Source: a virus (taxonomy: Duplodnaviria; Caudoviricetes). From it: a stretch of 48,954 nt of DNA. Position numbers and translations under genes: made by a program. Of this stretch, positions 46,301 to 48,954 are shown one piece after another. Within the stretch, counting starts at the first letter, position 1. Every line of letters begins with the position of its first letter. Where the stretch lies: positions 1 to 48,954 of the IMG/VR virus record IMGVR_UViG_3300030330_001909; one strand, given 5' to 3'. The notes beneath the pieces are model-generated. The model saw nothing but the letters and a program-made list of their open reading frames with translations. It was not told the DNA's origin and searched no databases.

Positions 46301-48780
46301 AAGAGTTTGCTAAAGATGGTGAGAGATTATTAAGCGAAGGGTATAAGTTTGACTTTACAGATTTTAATACAGTTAGAGATGGTGGGCGTGGTCCTTTATT
46401 TGAGCTTGCTAAAAAGATAAAAGCAGCTAGAGGTAATGAAGATCTTTACGTGTTAACAGCTAGAGCACCTGAAGCACAAACAGCTATATATGAATTTTTA
46501 AAATCACAAGGACTTGAATTTAAGAAAAGTAATATAGTAGGATTAGGTGATTCAACAGGTGCAGCTAAAGCACAATGGATGATAAGTAAATATGCTGAAG
46601 GTTACAATGACTTTTATTTTGCTGATGATGCATTTGCTAATGTTAATGCTGTTAAAAAAGCTTTTGAAGTATTAGACGTTAAAGGTAGAGTACAACAAGC
46701 AAAAGCAGATCAAGGATTTAGAAGTGTAGTAGATGTTAATCAAAAGTTTAACGACATAATACAACAGAATAAAGGTATTAAATCAGATGTTGTTTTTTCA
46801 GATGTAAGAGCTAAACTAGCTGGGCAGAAAAACGATAAGTTTAAATTTTGGATACCTTATTCTGCCGAAGATCTAACTGGTTTAGTATATCCATTATTAG
46901 GCAAAGGTAAGAAAGGTAATGCTGATATGCAGTTCTTCAAAGAGATGTTGTTTGATCCTTTAGCTAGAGCTAATGCTGGTATATCAGCCTCAAGACTTCA
47001 AATGATGGAAGACTTTAAAGCTCTTAAAAAAGTTTTAAATGTACCTAAAAATATTACTAAAGAAAACGAAACAGGATTTACTACTGAGCAAACTATACGT
47101 ATGTATATATGGAACTCACTTGGAGTTGATATTCCAGGCGTAAGTAAATCAGAACTTAATAAAGCTATTGAGTATGTAGATTCAAGAGATCAACTAAAAA
47201 CTTTTGCTCAACAACTTATTAATATAACTAAAGGTGATGGTTGGTCAAAGCCTAACGCTGATTGGTTTGCAGGTACTATACAAACAGACTTACTAGATAT
47301 TTTGAATACTACTAAGAGATCAAAATATATGGAAGAGTTTAATAATAATGCTAATATAATATTTAGTAAAGAAAATTTAAATAAGCTTGAAGCAATATTT
47401 GGTAGCAAGTATAGAGAAGCTATAACTAACATGCTTCGTAGAATAAAGACAGGTAAAAATAGAATAAGTGGTGGTAACAGGTTAAGTGACAAAGTATTAA
47501 ACTACATTAATGGTAGTATTGGTGCGATCATGTTTTTTAATATGAGATCAGCTGTACTACAAACTATATCATCTATTAACTTTATAAACTGGAGCGATAA
47601 CAACCCATTAAAAGCTGGTAAAGCATTTGCTAATCAAAAACAATATTGGTCTGATTTTAAAACTTTAATGAACTCAGAGTTTCTTAGAGATAGAAGATCA
47701 GGATTAAGACTAAACATAAATGAAAACGAAATAGCAGATCTTGCTAAGACAGCTAAAAACAAAGGTAAAGCTGCTATAAGTTATATACTTAGAAAAGGTT
47801 ATTTACCTACACAATTTGCAGATAGTTTTGCTATTGCATCAGGTGGCGCTACGTTTTATAGAAACAGAATAAATACTTATTTAAAACAAGGTTTATCACA
47901 AACAGAGGCTGAATCTAAAGCAATGCAAGATTTTAGAGAGATCGCTGAGGTATCTCAACAGTCTAGTAGACCAGATAAAATATCACAACAGCAAGCTAGT
48001 GATTTAGGTAGGGTATTACTTGCATTTGCTAATACACCTATGCAGTATGGTAGATTAACTAAAAGAGCTTATCAAGATCTAATAGCTGGTAGAGGAGATG
48101 CTAAATCTAACATTAGTAAAATAATATATTATACGTTTGTACAAAATATGATATTTAATGCTTTACAACAAGCAGTATTTGCATTAGGATTTGGTGATGA
48201 TGAAGATGATGAAAAGAAAGAAAAGAAATATATGGACACAGCTAATGGTATGGCTGACTCAATATTGCGTGGATTAGGTATAGCTGGTTCAGCAGTGTCT
48301 GTAGCTAAAAACTTTTTACTTGATATATACGAAAGATCAGGAAGGTCTAGACCAGAGTATGTTGATTCAGTATATAAGTTGTTACAGTTTTCACCACCTA
48401 TTAGTTCTAAGATATCTAAGATAAGACAAGCTGCGTGGATGTTTGATAGTAAAAAACGTAGACAAGAAATGATTGACAAAGGATTTAGCTTAGATAATCC
48501 TGCTTATGAAGCTTTTGCTAAAGTGTTTACTGCAACTACAAATGTTCCGTTAGATAGATTATATTTAAAGTTAGATAATATAGAGCACGCATTAGCTGAA
48601 GACACTGAAACATGGCAACGCGTAGCTAATCTACTTGGTTGGCCGACGTGGCAATTAGAAGATAAAGCTCCTGTTAAAAAGAAAAAGAAAAGTAGCAAAA
48701 GAGGAGGTTATAAATCTAGAACAGGTATTAAAAGAAGAAGAACAAAAGTTAAAAAGAAAGTTTCATCAAGAACTTTGTAG
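40309..48780 (+). CDS. Giant multidomain ejection (polyvalent) protein: hydrophobic region, zincin, sigma-like, unknown and HAD domains
   Basis: 2823 aa; HELLH aa 965-969; YDPTRELEFSTYL aa 1183-1195; DFDDT aa 1972; third gene of the ejection cluster. Confidence 0.8.
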   Translation: MPEYVLMDSTGYEWTVSEQDLPTFMEQYPDARLIEEKETEGEPVTESLTVDTTIDPIETETTTTLEANNNVKGVLDKYDPERVALVESFRGLDIDKRSKLSEQDFAFGKEGNWDNISDEGKQIIMADYTFPKGYEGPKDFNAFKNKIVQDEIEYEVGSDTADIETSAYDDYNVFGSGLESSQEKARKRNQYKTDVSNAVSKVEEGVMPTHVLDGKLGGVLIGQEEKVVDDLRSMFKGYGFKFDKDKSGLSYFTDDMIVTAGNGNKIKIKLDNWTDDGDIEQAQKLKSFLEQNKEEYKAPNYQDMVKAMASLDGEALENMKRVTEEQDQKWYENWWADEIDKVDEDKASEWRNIYDEDLVKQETQRVENDIVKLNKEFALNEAKINDYTNKVAALQAQIDAGSLGPDEIIEKQNELNALQQSLKIEGQALQDRYRSEVKPAVADLNLVAAKQTLVEEGRGDFGIMTTKFAGGVYDSLGTFYNQIALAFRQGDIEDIANGDEEKLKQLLDREAKMVIYDKFTKDVDVSNEYEKAFNNSMAGAAYKSITEMVIGQITTLPLAAIPVAGPILQRVAFGSMMGGMVAGFEAQEMQSEDFADMTPREKAAYQSTIGTVIGTIEGVVGPAGRFIAAPVKAGLTNLIKQYGGKTLRNAVLKETLRRTAGKAVGSAVVKRTALDVLQDFGNKALSREGLGTAATMAGIEGLTEGIQEAAQMGITEIWRENTEANGKLWEEISLEDAVSKIMQATTLGVMAGGPFGVIAGGANASRSGTMDMISDQQFTLWKRYLLDPKWQKLTSDKEMLAVLDPDNELTKEKADLLLREYRNMGGMLREVDNMGLTTKGEKQAYKLIEQKQKLQKQIDKATDKALVKRQREEISAINEVLEEISVNENFEVAYERGLAETARRAEMSDKGFVLLTDPADFNQAMKDIGITEDLSGTPGYNDIDGTIYINDKVARDLRQIGVSSHELLHGVTGKQIKALGLTAEQKADLVDDFKSRLSSKEFDVVAQRIEAYGTNPENATSEEWFNAFVEGIVNDDIKYAEGTAVKMGNFLADKLFKPLGFRQANFANGRSVYRFLKSYGQQSRRIARGQQDTFTGDVAAIVDQGIDTPAVGLASKVSNVAATDLAAQYKDGTITNEGTIDFIQQYHKLGKKAMGFDQAKGDIAESEAISFLNKEFPSIMKNYDPTRELEFSTYLNNVLPFRAVDFYEQQIGDKAKTTSTDSDKAKQLVADETSPRDTRTDREIRQDERKGVKVREKTPGVYNVDKVVKAIRSKAKQQNMKGKTLKQLKGFALREVVDMISRDNKDLADSMFRKLEKNSDLNKPEMLAIQNFINSNVDMAKGSLIEGYTSEFKATGVVNKLLEKFYNKRSVRSKTGPGLKVQIKKPNISNTDFKETFGIIGNDRAKWNQKVPASQGGVSDILKGFVRNLDQVISSQEIREQYIADGDKADALRSLSDGIPSGFFSKLTVENLGKTFGKLNEGQKETYLANIPYFIELITAGESVNSAFDTALPNDFLTKKVKDKIVDNNTRKTIKEDWNTIVDQFPKTLYKSKKFNKTKLNEYLHTAFAEQTSRELVRDLLGINKDGLDWRSTKQITSYVSSLKEYFRDLRKDFNSDLEFFKYVITHFETTFTGSAKIGGLPNHVWNKDGILVEGKKTTKGPGIRNGIFNNRTEFYNVLLKPLDTENKLKPVRGGFTYDGNLIKINRAPQSIVATKKYLDEFLETGKLSNATLKTSYNDAIGNQNAIIRLLKWYKDKEKNTKSDININDIGMFFVNSTGDMTAILRSAYFMDSIALSDSKNPKDYRFEHNPPVRVMQVYMAQFVNGTINEAQLKEKFADTSVSVIPELMDKAINIRYKDTIPMNSTSRFDRYYNPTTYGKFPFEMTVYTPVLNSKGEVTSFKKEVKGKDLRQAYQEEQAALKADKELGFASKVATTKNVTNEELIDQFEKMDQSLVNGNKINQPVKKIRVFDFDDTLATSNNLVFATRGDERLELNAEEFAKDGERLLSEGYKFDFTDFNTVRDGGRGPLFELAKKIKAARGNEDLYVLTARAPEAQTAIYEFLKSQGLEFKKSNIVGLGDSTGAAKAQWMISKYAEGYNDFYFADDAFANVNAVKKAFEVLDVKGRVQQAKADQGFRSVVDVNQKFNDIIQQNKGIKSDVVFSDVRAKLAGQKNDKFKFWIPYSAEDLTGLVYPLLGKGKKGNADMQFFKEMLFDPLARANAGISASRLQMMEDFKALKKVLNVPKNITKENETGFTTEQTIRMYIWNSLGVDIPGVSKSELNKAIEYVDSRDQLKTFAQQLINITKGDGWSKPNADWFAGTIQTDLLDILNTTKRSKYMEEFNNNANIIFSKENLNKLEAIFGSKYREAITNMLRRIKTGKNRISGGNRLSDKVLNYINGSIGAIMFFNMRSAVLQTISSINFINWSDNNPLKAGKAFANQKQYWSDFKTLMNSEFLRDRRSGLRLNINENEIADLAKTAKNKGKAAISYILRKGYLPTQFADSFAIASGGATFYRNRINTYLKQGLSQTEAESKAMQDFREIAEVSQQSSRPDKISQQQASDLGRVLLAFANTPMQYGRLTKRAYQDLIAGRGDAKSNISKIIYYTFVQNMIFNALQQAVFALGFGDDEDDEKKEKKYMDTANGMADSILRGLGIAGSAVSVAKNFLLDIYERSGRSRPEYVDSVYKLLQFSPPISSKISKIRQAAWMFDSKKRRQEMIDKGFSLDNPAYEAFAKVFTATTNVPLDRLYLKLDNIEHALAEDTETWQRVANLLGWPTWQLEDKAPVKKKKKSSKRGGYKSRTGIKRRRTKVKKKVSSRTL

Positions 48781-48820
48781 GACGTAAAAAAATGGGCACC
48801 ATACCCAAAGTCCTGTAACC

Positions 48821-48850
48821 AAAAAAGGGAGGCCGAAAGACCTCCCTTTT
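48821..48850. terminator. Bidirectional intrinsic terminator between convergent genes
   Basis: AAAAAAGGGAGGCC-GAAA-GACCTCCCTTTT. Confidence 0.85.
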
Positions 48851-48868
48851 ATTATTTATAGTTATTAG

Positions 48869-48954
48869 TTAAGTTATTTCGCAACTACCTCCAGCACAAG
48901 CTAGTTCGCCTGTGAGATCAGTATTGTCTTCACCTTCATATACATTAGATAAAT
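48869..48954 (-). CDS. nrdJ: C-terminus of a class II (B12-dependent) ribonucleotide reductase, partial
   Basis: ...LSNVYEGEDNTDLTGELACAGGSCEIT*, with the C-terminal redox Cys pair. Confidence 0.75.
   Translation of the reverse strand, partial: LSNVYEGEDNTDLTGELACAGGSCEIT

Noticed and set aside
6614-48698. Numerous minus-strand and alternate-frame ORFs inside late genes (e.g. 9351..9830, 21839..22318, 43926..44324)
   Set aside because: Fully overlap well-supported genes and have shadow-ORF composition

Overview
AT-rich fragment of a tailed dsDNA phage genome (podovirus-like virion module). The host is most likely Bacteroidota/Flavobacteriia: translation starts are AT-rich and lack Shine-Dalgarno sites, and the gene set resembles Cellulophaga phi38:1-like marine phages (inference). 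1-4.9 kb, minus strand: a dense array of small early-type ORFs punctuated by 7 (+1 degenerate) copies of a fixed-spacing motif ACARACTAAATACG-N10-GATAATA, plus a D-armless tRNA-like RNA. Strands diverge near 5 kb, where two related ~45-bp dyad sites sit. 5.2-48.8 kb, plus strand: basic low-complexity proteins sharing MxFKM/SPLH motifs, GroEL/GroES, a lysis cassette, tiny basic Cys-containing proteins, head spike/fibre genes, a tandem GroES-like protein, terminase, portal, scaffold, major capsid protein, tail proteins and ejection proteins. The last is a 2823-aa polyprotein with a zincin protease, a sigma-factor-like segment, an unknown domain and a HAD phosphatase separated by repeated G(L/F)xSK linkers. 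The window ends in the C-terminus of a convergent class II ribonucleotide reductase. Top hypothesis: a virion-delivered, self-processing polyprotein releases a sigma-like factor that reads the non-host early promoter motif. All family calls come from motif recognition by eye; no searches were run.
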